Shown in pieces: positions 16,129-23,965 of a DNA stretch of 32,000 nt (position 1 is its first letter; every line of letters starts with the position of its first letter). The DNA is from Persephonella marina EX-H1 (GTDB taxonomy: Bacteria; Aquificota; Aquificia; Aquificales; Hydrogenothermaceae): the NCBI RefSeq assembly GCF_000021565.1, contig NC_012440.1, positions 1,858,373 through 1,890,372 of the forward strand. The letters run 5' to 3'. Under the pieces are notes generated by a model that was not told the DNA's origin, ran no database searches, and saw only the letters and a list, made by a program, of their open reading frames with translations. The position numbers and the translations under genes were made by a program.

Positions 16129-16527
16129 TTATCTGCCTCTTCTTGTGGCTATATTTATCTCCTCTATGCCGTTCTGTTTTGCTATATCCATAACCTTTAC
16201 AACCTTCCCGTACTGAACTCTTCTATCTGCGATGATAACTAGTGATTTACTTGTCTGACTTTTTATATACTCTGCTATCTCCTTTTCTGACACCTTTTTA
16301 TTTCTTATATAGTAGTTACCTTCCTTATCAACAATGATCTTGAGAGGTTCAACAGATGTTTTTTCTGCTGTTGCCTTTGGAAGTTCAACATTTATTGAAG
16401 ATATAGGAGCAAGTGTACTCACTATCCCAAGGAACAGAATTATTATGAATGCTATATCAACAAGAGCTGTCATATCAACTATAAAGTTACTGTTGTCTTC
16501 AAGCCTGCTGAACTTTCTGAAATTCAT
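16129..16527 (-). CDS. ExbD/TolR-family biopolymer transport protein
   Basis: 132 aa with a single N-terminal TM segment (TALVDIAFIIILFLGIV) and a periplasmic domain. ATGA-type 4-nt overlap with the upstream ExbB-like gene. Confidence 0.85.
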   Translation of the reverse strand: MNFRKFSRLEDNSNFIVDMTALVDIAFIIILFLGIVSTLAPISSINVELPKATAEKTSVEPLKIIVDKEGNYYIRNKKVSEKEIAEYIKSQTSKSLVIIADRRVQYGKVVKVMDIAKQNGIEEINIATRRGR

Positions 16528-17171
16528 CTCTCACTTCCTTTCTGTTCAATATTTGTAAGCTGGTAAACAAGCTCAACAGCAAGACTTTCAAGTTGAGTAA
16601 CAAGGAAGTTAACCTTTGACTTGAAATACCAGTAAGCAGCAAGAGAAGGGATAGCTATTGAAAGACCAAAAGCTGTTGTTATCAATGCCTGAGATATACC
16701 TTTTGAGAGAAGTTCTGGATTACTCAAGCCTTCAAGAGATAACGCCTCAAAAACCTGTATCATACCTGTAACAGTTCCAAGGAAACCCAGTATAGGTGCT
16801 ATAGCTGCTATGGCACCCATAGCATTAACATAACCTTCAAGTTTTGGTATCTCCATCCTTGCGGCCTCTTCAGCAGCAAGCCTCAGATCATTTTCTGATC
16901 TCCTTCCCTTAATAAAAGCCTCAAGAATTCCAGCTATAAGACTTGTGGCAACGCTGTTTGAGGATTTTGCAACGGTTAAAGCCTCTGGAACTCTACCTTC
17001 CTTAAGGTAAAAATCTATCTCCTCTATCTTTTTAACAGGGAAACATCTCTTAAATGATAGTGAGAAAGATCTCTCTATGATGAAAGCAACAGCAAGAACA
17101 CCTAAAAATAACAGGGGATACATTAAAGGTCCGCCTTTCTGGAAGATCTGTATTACATATTCCAAGCTCAT
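16524..17171 (-). CDS. MotA/TolQ/ExbB-family proton channel protein
   Basis: 215 aa with three TM segments and the signature LGFLGTVTGMIQVF. Confidence 0.85.
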   Translation of the reverse strand: MSLEYVIQIFQKGGPLMYPLLFLGVLAVAFIIERSFSLSFKRCFPVKKIEEIDFYLKEGRVPEALTVAKSSNSVATSLIAGILEAFIKGRRSENDLRLAAEEAARMEIPKLEGYVNAMGAIAAIAPILGFLGTVTGMIQVFEALSLEGLSNPELLSKGISQALITTAFGLSIAIPSLAAYWYFKSKVNFLVTQLESLAVELVYQLTNIEQKGSER

Positions 17172-17179
17172 TCCTCCTT

Positions 17180-19984
17180 TTATTCAAAACATTCTGGGAG
17201 ATTCTTAATCAAGGACTGAAAAACCTCTCTCTGTTCTTCAGTCAGCTGGTCTTGATTTATAGGTTTTAAAATACAGGAAGCCTCAGATCTTCTACCCTGC
17301 TTTTTCATTATTTCGGCAACCTTCAACCTTGCCTTTATAACCTGTTCTGTAGCATCAGGATATAAATATATAACATTTATAAAGCTGTTTAAAGCATTTT
17401 CAATATCCTCAAGTTTCTCGTATATAAGACCTATCAGGTAGTAGCTTTCGGCAACATTGTTATAGTCTGAGCTGTTTAAAGCCTCCTCAAGATATCTTAA
17501 AGCATTCTGGAAGTAACCGTTCTCAAACTGTATCTTTCCAAGATAAAAGGCTATATCAGCTCTGTATTTTGGGAATCTTGTGTATATCTCCTCAAAATAG
17601 CTTTTTGCTTCGGTGTATCTTCCCGCCTTGTATAAAAGCATCGCAAGCTTGAACTTGTTCTCATCAGTTGCTGGAAGTTTTTTCATAACAGCAATAGCTT
17701 TATCAAGATCTCCCTGTTCCTCAAATATCTTTGCAAGGAGTTCTTTTGCCTGGACGTTAAACTCACCACGTGGGTATATCTTTATATACCTTGTGAGTAT
17801 CTTAACAGCCTGATCCTTATCACCGGATATATACTTAAGATAACCAAGCTTGTAAAGTGCATACTCTGACTCTTTAATATCAGCCTCAATAAGCTCCCTG
17901 TAAATCTTTTCAGCCTTATCATACTCCTGCTTTTCAGTGTAAAGATCACCAAGTTGTAGTTTTAAAAGTGATACAAAAGGATACTGTGGGTATTTCTCAA
18001 TGAATTTCTCTATCTGTGATGCAACATCTGCCCCAGATTCTTCCATCTCAAGGACTGTAAGCTGGTAGGCTGCATCTATAGCCTCAGGAGTGTTCGCATG
18101 TTCCTCAATAAACTGCTGGTATATCTTTCTTGCCTTTTCCTTCTGACCTGCGTTGTAGTAACTGTCCGCCATTCTTAACACTGCAAGGTTCCCAAGCTCC
18201 GTACCTCTATACTTTTCTGCATAATCCCTGAAAGCTTTTATAGCTTCAATATATTTACCTTCTGAGAAGTAGGAGTAAGCGTAAAGATAACCTGCCTGCT
18301 GAGCTATCTTATCATCTCCCTTTGATAACTCCCTCAGTATATCCCTCGCCTTATCTATATCCCCCTTTCTCATAAATATGTATGCAAGTAAAAACCTGCT
18401 TTTTCTGTCTTTTTTTCCTTTCACAAGGCTGTAAGCCTTATCAAGATCTCCCGCATTAAAAGCACTAACAGCCTTCATATATTCATCTGTAAATGCCTCA
18501 TAGGCCTTCTGGTAGTTTCTCTTTTTAAAGAAAAACCATCCAAGCATATTTTTAGAGTACTCAGGATCAAGATCCTTAAGCTTCCTCACAGATTCTAAAA
18601 ACTTCTGATCTTTATTAAGCTTCAGGTATATGTATGTAAGGTATATAAGAGCTTTTTTCTTTAGATCATCGGAAACGGAAAAATCAACAGCCTTCTCGAA
18701 ATAGTCAGCTGATAGAGGTATTTTTCCCATCTTCATAAGTGTAAACCCTGTGTAAAGATAAAACTCAGGTGAATCAATACCTTTCATTATCAGATAAGCA
18801 TACTCATACTTTCCCCTGTTGTAAGCTGTTATAGCAAGCTTCTTCCTGAGAAAGTCTTTATAAAGCTTTGAAACCTGAAGTGATTTCTGGAGAAGGGCAA
18901 ATGCTGTCTCAAAATCATTTTTCTCAGAGTATATATCTGCAAGCTGTATATAAAGGTTCTGTGCAAGCCTTCTGTTCCTTGGCTCTAAGGAACCAGCCTT
19001 ATCAAAAGTTCCTTTAAGATCTCCCTTTTTAATATCAATAATTCCAAGACCGTATATAACATAATCTGATATCTTCTCTACAGTTCCGTAACCCTCAAGG
19101 AATTTTTTGAAAAGCTCCTCAGCTTTATCTAAATCTCCTGTGTTCAGCTTTATAAAACCTTTAAGTATTAGAAGATGCTTTGTGTATATCTTATCCTTTA
19201 CATTCTGTATATCCTTTTCAGCCTGTTTGTAATCCTTTCTGCTGAAATTAACGTAGCCTTTTATATAATGGCAGTACTCAACAAAGTTTATATCAAGCTC
19301 AGTACAGTCTATATCCTTAAGAAGGTTATAACCTTCATCAATACTTCCTTTCATAACAAAGTTTACAGCATGAAGGAACATACTGTTTATATCCTCATAC
19401 TTTATTCTTCTCAGGAACTGATCTGTTTCGTCTGTTTTCTCTATCTGGAAGGATAGTATCGCCGCTGACATACATGAAGCATCCTTCTGGGGAAATACAT
19501 ACTTGTGGAAACATCCTCCCTTAAAATACCTGTAAGCTTCCTTCTTGTTATCCATCCTGTAGTATATAAGTCCAAGAAGGTAATGGGCCGTCCCTGAAAA
19601 TCCTGTTTTTGGATACTTTTTTATAAGTTTCTCAAGCTTTTCTCTCGCCGTAATATAGTTCCCTCTAAAGAAACTCTCTATACCATCTGCAAGAAGGGCG
19701 TTTTTCTCAGGAATACCAAGGACTGCCTGGGGTTTTTCCATATTTACAACTGGTGGATCCACAGTGTAAGGTGGAACAGGTTTTATCTCCTGTGTGAATA
19801 TCTCAACCTTTAGCTTTTCTTTAAACTGAATAACATCAGGAGCTTCAAGTGGCGGTATCTCTTCCCTCTTTTCTGCTATGATCTCTATGGGAAAAACAAC
19901 CTCGGGAACTTTTATCTGGACGGAAGAGAAAGCTTTCTGGATTGAAATGAGAGTGATGAAAACAAGAAATATAACTTTCCTCAT
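17180..19984 (-). CDS. Large (934 aa) secreted or membrane-anchored TPR-repeat protein
   Basis: N-terminal hydrophobic segment (VIFLVFITLISI), then a Pro-containing extended segment (IPPLEAP, KPVPPYTVDPPVV), then TPR-like A/Y/L periodicity to the C-terminus. ATGA overlap with the ribF stop. Ends 8 nt before exbB. Confidence 0.85.
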   Translation of the reverse strand: MRKVIFLVFITLISIQKAFSSVQIKVPEVVFPIEIIAEKREEIPPLEAPDVIQFKEKLKVEIFTQEIKPVPPYTVDPPVVNMEKPQAVLGIPEKNALLADGIESFFRGNYITAREKLEKLIKKYPKTGFSGTAHYLLGLIYYRMDNKKEAYRYFKGGCFHKYVFPQKDASCMSAAILSFQIEKTDETDQFLRRIKYEDINSMFLHAVNFVMKGSIDEGYNLLKDIDCTELDINFVEYCHYIKGYVNFSRKDYKQAEKDIQNVKDKIYTKHLLILKGFIKLNTGDLDKAEELFKKFLEGYGTVEKISDYVIYGLGIIDIKKGDLKGTFDKAGSLEPRNRRLAQNLYIQLADIYSEKNDFETAFALLQKSLQVSKLYKDFLRKKLAITAYNRGKYEYAYLIMKGIDSPEFYLYTGFTLMKMGKIPLSADYFEKAVDFSVSDDLKKKALIYLTYIYLKLNKDQKFLESVRKLKDLDPEYSKNMLGWFFFKKRNYQKAYEAFTDEYMKAVSAFNAGDLDKAYSLVKGKKDRKSRFLLAYIFMRKGDIDKARDILRELSKGDDKIAQQAGYLYAYSYFSEGKYIEAIKAFRDYAEKYRGTELGNLAVLRMADSYYNAGQKEKARKIYQQFIEEHANTPEAIDAAYQLTVLEMEESGADVASQIEKFIEKYPQYPFVSLLKLQLGDLYTEKQEYDKAEKIYRELIEADIKESEYALYKLGYLKYISGDKDQAVKILTRYIKIYPRGEFNVQAKELLAKIFEEQGDLDKAIAVMKKLPATDENKFKLAMLLYKAGRYTEAKSYFEEIYTRFPKYRADIAFYLGKIQFENGYFQNALRYLEEALNSSDYNNVAESYYLIGLIYEKLEDIENALNSFINVIYLYPDATEQVIKARLKVAEIMKKQGRRSEASCILKPINQDQLTEEQREVFQSLIKNLPECFE

Positions 19985-20901
19985 ACCTGAACCTCTACTA
20001 TCTTTTTAGCCGCCTCAATATCCTCCTTTATCTGGTCAGAAAGCTGTTTTGTATCCTCAAACTTTTTCTCAGGTCTTATATATTCCTTAAAAAATATTCT
20101 CACATATTCCGATTCTGGATTTATATTCTTATCTATAACGTGAGCTTCTATAAAAAGTTTCTTTCCATCAACTGTAGGTCTGTAACCAAAGTTTATAACA
20201 GCAGGATGCTGATCACAGTTAAATGATACATAACCTGCATAAACACCTTTTTTCAGACAGAGATCAGGTGGTGGGATTATGTTTATCGTTGGGAAGCCTA
20301 AATCCTTCCCTTTCCCATCACCTTTAACAATCCTGCCTTTTATACAGTAATCCCTTCCTAAATATTTTGAGGCCTCTTTTATCTTTCCCTCTCTGAGAAG
20401 AGACCTTATAAGAGTACTGCTTATCCTCTCTCCATCTTCCTTTATTGGATCAACAACCTCTATTGTAAAACCAAGCTCTTCAGACTTTCTTTTCGCATAC
20501 TCTATATCTCCCTCTTTCATATAACCAAAACGCCAGTCATAACCGACTATGATATGTCTGCATCCTAACTTCTCAACAAGAAATCTTAAAAACTGATCTG
20601 CTGTTTTTTTCAGAAAATTCTGATCAAACTTTATAACATAAACAAAATCAATACTTTTTCTGCTCAGAAGGTCTATCTTTGTGTTTATATCAGTTATAAG
20701 ACATGGGGCTTTATCAGGATTGAGGAACTTTTTTGGGTGTGGATCAAATGTTATAACAAGTGATCTTAAATTTTTTTCTTTAGCCCTTTTCTTTACCAGA
20801 TTAAGTATCTCTACATGTCCCTTATGGAAGCCATCAAAACTCCCGATTGTACATACAGTTTTCTCATTTAAAGGCAGGTCTCTATCAGTTATTACCTTCA
20901 T
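19981..20901 (-). CDS. ribF: Bifunctional riboflavin kinase / FMN adenylyltransferase
   Basis: 306 aa. N-terminal GSFDGFHKGH nucleotidyltransferase motif and C-terminal riboflavin kinase block GFPTINI. Confidence 0.93.
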   Translation of the reverse strand: MKVITDRDLPLNEKTVCTIGSFDGFHKGHVEILNLVKKRAKEKNLRSLVITFDPHPKKFLNPDKAPCLITDINTKIDLLSRKSIDFVYVIKFDQNFLKKTADQFLRFLVEKLGCRHIIVGYDWRFGYMKEGDIEYAKRKSEELGFTIEVVDPIKEDGERISSTLIRSLLREGKIKEASKYLGRDYCIKGRIVKGDGKGKDLGFPTINIIPPPDLCLKKGVYAGYVSFNCDQHPAVINFGYRPTVDGKKLFIEAHVIDKNINPESEYVRIFFKEYIRPEKKFEDTKQLSDQIKEDIEAAKKIVEVQV

Positions 20902-21317
20902 TCTTCCTCTTCTAAAAATTTATTTGCAACATCAATGATAACCGAGTAAGAAAAACCTCTATTCTTTAAAAATTTTACTACAGTATGGAACTGTTTTTCT
21001 TTTTTATACTTTTTCTTCAGAAGGTTGTAGGCTGTTTCAAATTCTTCATCATAGGATATCTCAGGTGGTTCAACACCTTTAGAGTAAAACTTCTTCTTTA
21101 TATAGATAGGACTTTTGCCTTTTTCTTTAAGTAATGAGCTGAGTCTTTCCTTCAGCTTTTGATCATCAAGGTAACCTTTCTGTACCAGATACTGAACTAC
21201 CTGATCTGACTCTTCCGGATCAAATCCCTTTTTTACAAGTTTATCTTTAAGCTCAGATGAGAAGTAATCCCTTTTTGATAGAAGCTTAAAAGCGTAGGAC
21301 AGAGCTTCCCTTTTCAA
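20898..21317 (-). CDS. recX: RecA regulator RecX
   Basis: 139 aa of helical repeats (ALSYAFKLLSKRDYFSSELKDKLVKKGF, VVQYLVQKGYLDD). The TTG start overlaps the pilT TGA (TTGA). Confidence 0.8.
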   Translation of the reverse strand: MKREALSYAFKLLSKRDYFSSELKDKLVKKGFDPEESDQVVQYLVQKGYLDDQKLKERLSSLLKEKGKSPIYIKKKFYSKGVEPPEISYDEEFETAYNLLKKKYKKEKQFHTVVKFLKNRGFSYSVIIDVANKFLEEEE

Positions 21318-22435
21318 ACAATATCTCCACCCATTCCATACATTCCAGAATCATACTCACCTGAGGATATGCCCTTTATCTTCAGCTCAAGATCAGCTGG
21401 ATTTGAGGCATAGGCAAGTGCATCCTCGTATGTTATCCATCCCTTGTTGTAAAGATCCAGTATAGCCTGATCAAATGTCTGCATTCCGTACTGGGATCTT
21501 CCCTTTTCCATAAGATCAGTTATCTCTTCAAACTTATCTGGATCAATAATTGCATCATATATAGCCCCTGTGTTTATAAGAATCTCAACTGCAGGAACTA
21601 TACCTTTACCATCTTTCCTCGGTATTAGTCTCTGTGATATAACAGCTCTCAGTGTTGTTGCAAGGAGAAGTCTTATATGGTTCTGTGCTTCAAGTGGAAA
21701 CATATCTATAATCCTGTTTATAGTTTCCTTTGCGTCCTGTGTGTGTAGTGTGGAGAAAACAAGGTGCCCTGTTTCAGCAGCTCTCAGTGCTGTCTCTATA
21801 GTCTCAATATCCCTCATCTCACCAACCATAATAACATCAGGGTCTTCCCTTAATGCAGCTCTAAGGGCTGTTGAGAAATCATTTGTGTCAAGACCTATCT
21901 CTCTCTGGACTATGTAACACTGTTTATCCCTGAATATATACTCTATAGGATCCTCAATTGTTACAACAACATCTCTTCTTCTCTCATTTCTGTAATCTAT
22001 CATGGCTGCAAGTGTTGTTGATTTACCTGAACCTGTTGGACCTGTTACAAGAACAAGCCCCCTTGCTTCCATAGCAATATCTTTCAGTTTAAGAGGGAGG
22101 TTTAACGCCTCTATTGTAGGTATGTCTGTTTTCAAAACCCTGAAGGCAAAAGCGTAAGTTCCTCTCTGCTTGTAAATATTAACCCTGAATCTGCTCAGAC
22201 CTGGTATTGAGTATGATATATCAAGCTCACCATTTTTTATTAGCTCTGATCTCTTTCTCTCTGTTTTTACAACCCTTCCTATAAATTTAACAATATCCTC
22301 TTCCTTTAATCTCTCATACTTATCAAGATACTGGAGCTCCCTGTTTACCCTCACAACAGGAGGAAGGCCTACCTTAAGATGTATATCTGAAGCTCCCACC
22401 TCAACAGCATTTGTAAGTATCTCGTCAATATTCAT
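21314..22435 (-). CDS. pilT: Type IV pilus retraction ATPase PilT (twitching motility protein)
   Basis: 373 aa. N-terminal GASDIHLKVGLPPVVRV, Walker A GPTGSGKST, REDPDVIMVGEMRD, and HLVFSTLHT (His box). Confidence 0.9.
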   Translation of the reverse strand: MNIDEILTNAVEVGASDIHLKVGLPPVVRVNRELQYLDKYERLKEEDIVKFIGRVVKTERKRSELIKNGELDISYSIPGLSRFRVNIYKQRGTYAFAFRVLKTDIPTIEALNLPLKLKDIAMEARGLVLVTGPTGSGKSTTLAAMIDYRNERRRDVVVTIEDPIEYIFRDKQCYIVQREIGLDTNDFSTALRAALREDPDVIMVGEMRDIETIETALRAAETGHLVFSTLHTQDAKETINRIIDMFPLEAQNHIRLLLATTLRAVISQRLIPRKDGKGIVPAVEILINTGAIYDAIIDPDKFEEITDLMEKGRSQYGMQTFDQAILDLYNKGWITYEDALAYASNPADLELKIKGISSGEYDSGMYGMGGDIV

Positions 22436-22453
22436 ATAGCATCCTCCCTTCCT

Positions 22454-23470
22454 TTATTGAGAGGTCTTTAAAAACTCCTCCCTTATTCTGTTTTCTATCT
22501 CCTGTGCTATATCTGGATTCTGTTTTAAAAACTCTCTCGCCTTTTCCCTTCCCTGTCCTATCTTTGAATCTCCGTAAGAGTACCATGCTCCACTTTTCTT
22601 TATTATTCCTATCTCTTCCCCAAGGTCTAAAAGCTCACCTTCCTTTGAAATTCCCTCACCATATATAACATCAAACTCAGCCTCTTTGAATGGTGGTGCA
22701 AGCTTGTTTTTAACAACCTTTACCTTAACCCTGCTCCCGACCTTCTCACCTGAGTCCTTTATATCTTTCTTTCTAACCTCAAGTCTCATATCTGCGAAGA
22801 ACTTTATAGCCCTTCCACCTGTTGTCGTTTCAGGATTTCCAAACATAACACCAACTTTTTCCCTAATCTGGTTTATAAGAATGAGAGATGTGTTTGATTT
22901 ATTAACAGCACCTTTAAGAACCCTCATAGCTTTTGACATAAGCCTTGCATGTAACCCAACATTACTGTCCTCAATATCACCTTCAAGCTCAGCTTTTGGA
23001 ACAAGAGCTGCAACTGAATCAATGATGATAACATCTATAACGCCACTTCTTATAAGCGTTTCAGCTATCTCAAGAGCCTGTTCACCATAATCTGGCTGTG
23101 ATATTATCAGATCCTCAAGATTAACACCTATAGCTTTTGCATACTTAGGATCAAAGGCATGCTCAGCATCTATGAATACGGCTTTACCGCCTCTTTTCTG
23201 TGCTTCAGCTATAATATGAAGTGTGAGTGTCGTCTTTCCTGAAGACTCAGGTCCGTATATCTCAACAACCCTTCCCTTGGGAACACCACCTATCCCGGTT
23301 GCTATATCAAGTGTTAAGGAGCCTGATGGTATAACATCAACAGTTTTCTCAGCTTCAGAGCTGAGAGTCATTATTGACCCTTTCCCAAACTTCTTCTCAA
23401 TCTGGGCAAGGGCACTCTCAAGTGCTTTCTTTTTTGCCTGTAACTCCTTTTGATCTAAAACTTCACTCAT
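22454..23470 (-). CDS. recA: Recombinase RecA
   Basis: 338 aa. [19 protein letters not shown], Walker [10 protein letters not shown], and [10 protein letters not shown]. Confidence 0.98.
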   Translation of the reverse strand: MSEVLDQKELQAKKKALESALAQIEKKFGKGSIMTLSSEAEKTVDVIPSGSLTLDIATGIGGVPKGRVVEIYGPESSGKTTLTLHIIAEAQKRGGKAVFIDAEHAFDPKYAKAIGVNLEDLIISQPDYGEQALEIAETLIRSGVIDVIIIDSVAALVPKAELEGDIEDSNVGLHARLMSKAMRVLKGAVNKSNTSLILINQIREKVGVMFGNPETTTGGRAIKFFADMRLEVRKKDIKDSGEKVGSRVKVKVVKNKLAPPFKEAEFDVIYGEGISKEGELLDLGEEIGIIKKSGAWYSYGDSKIGQGREKAREFLKQNPDIAQEIENRIREEFLKTSQ

Positions 23471-23493
23471 CTATAAATATCCTCCGTTATTAT

Positions 23494-23784
23494 TTATTCG
23501 GCAGAAACAACCCTTGGTACAACAAAAAATCCATCCTCACTTTGAGGAGCATTTTTGAGGGCATCATCATTTGTTAAACCTTCCTCAGGTATATCTTCCC
23601 TCAATGGTGCTTCCTGATCTATCATCTCATAAAAAGGTAATATATTCTCCGTATCAAGTTCTTCCAGTTTTTCAATAAAACCTAATATATCTGAAAGCTG
23701 TTTTGAGAAAAGCTCAACTTCCTCTTCTGTAAGCCTTAATTTTGCAAGCTGTGCAACCTTTTCAACAGTCTGTCTGTCTATCAT
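23494..23784 (-). CDS. gatC: Asp/Glu-tRNA amidotransferase subunit C
   Basis: MIDRQTVEKVAQLAKLRLTEEEVELFSKQLSDILGFIEKLEELDT matches the GatC layout. I prefer the ATG at 23784 (GAGG upstream) over the track's GTG at 23796. Confidence 0.88.
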   Translation of the reverse strand: MIDRQTVEKVAQLAKLRLTEEEVELFSKQLSDILGFIEKLEELDTENILPFYEMIDQEAPLREDIPEEGLTNDDALKNAPQSEDGFFVVPRVVSAE

Positions 23785-23930
23785 CTCCAACCTCACAAAA
23801 TTTTTTTAACTTCCGATAATAATTCTAACATCTGTAGCATATATGATAAAAATCATTTTAAATAAATAACTTTTAGCTTAAATTATTAACAACTTCAGTT
23901 AGCATCCCCCTCCCTCCCCCTCCATTTCCT

Positions 23931-23965
23931 GCGGGTCACAGAAGACCCGCCTTTTTATTTTTTTC
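23931..23965 (+). terminator. Plus-strand-oriented intrinsic terminator with no annotated plus-strand gene upstream
   Basis: GCGGGTC-ACAGAA-GACCCGC (7-bp stem) is followed by CTTTTTATTTTTTT. The T-tract overlaps the topoisomerase stop codon on the opposite strand. On the minus strand the hairpin is followed by AGGAAATGG, with no U-tract. Confidence 0.5.

Noticed and set aside
21570-21917. 115-aa plus-strand ORF antisense to pilT
   Set aside because: Shadow ORF inside a well-supported gene, with no SD and no motif.
22686-23090. 134-aa plus-strand ORF antisense to recA (also 23223-23453 and 23374-23577)
   Set aside because: It lies entirely inside recA on the opposite strand. Purine-rich coding strands in this genome leave stop-poor antisense frames. 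The S/L/F/P-rich composition is typical of such shadows.
23906-23923. G-quadruplex on the minus strand of the C/T tract
   Set aside because: The G-runs are 2, 5, 3 and 5 nt separated by single A residues, so four G3 tracts cannot be formed. Only a weak two-tetrad structure is possible. Not compelling.
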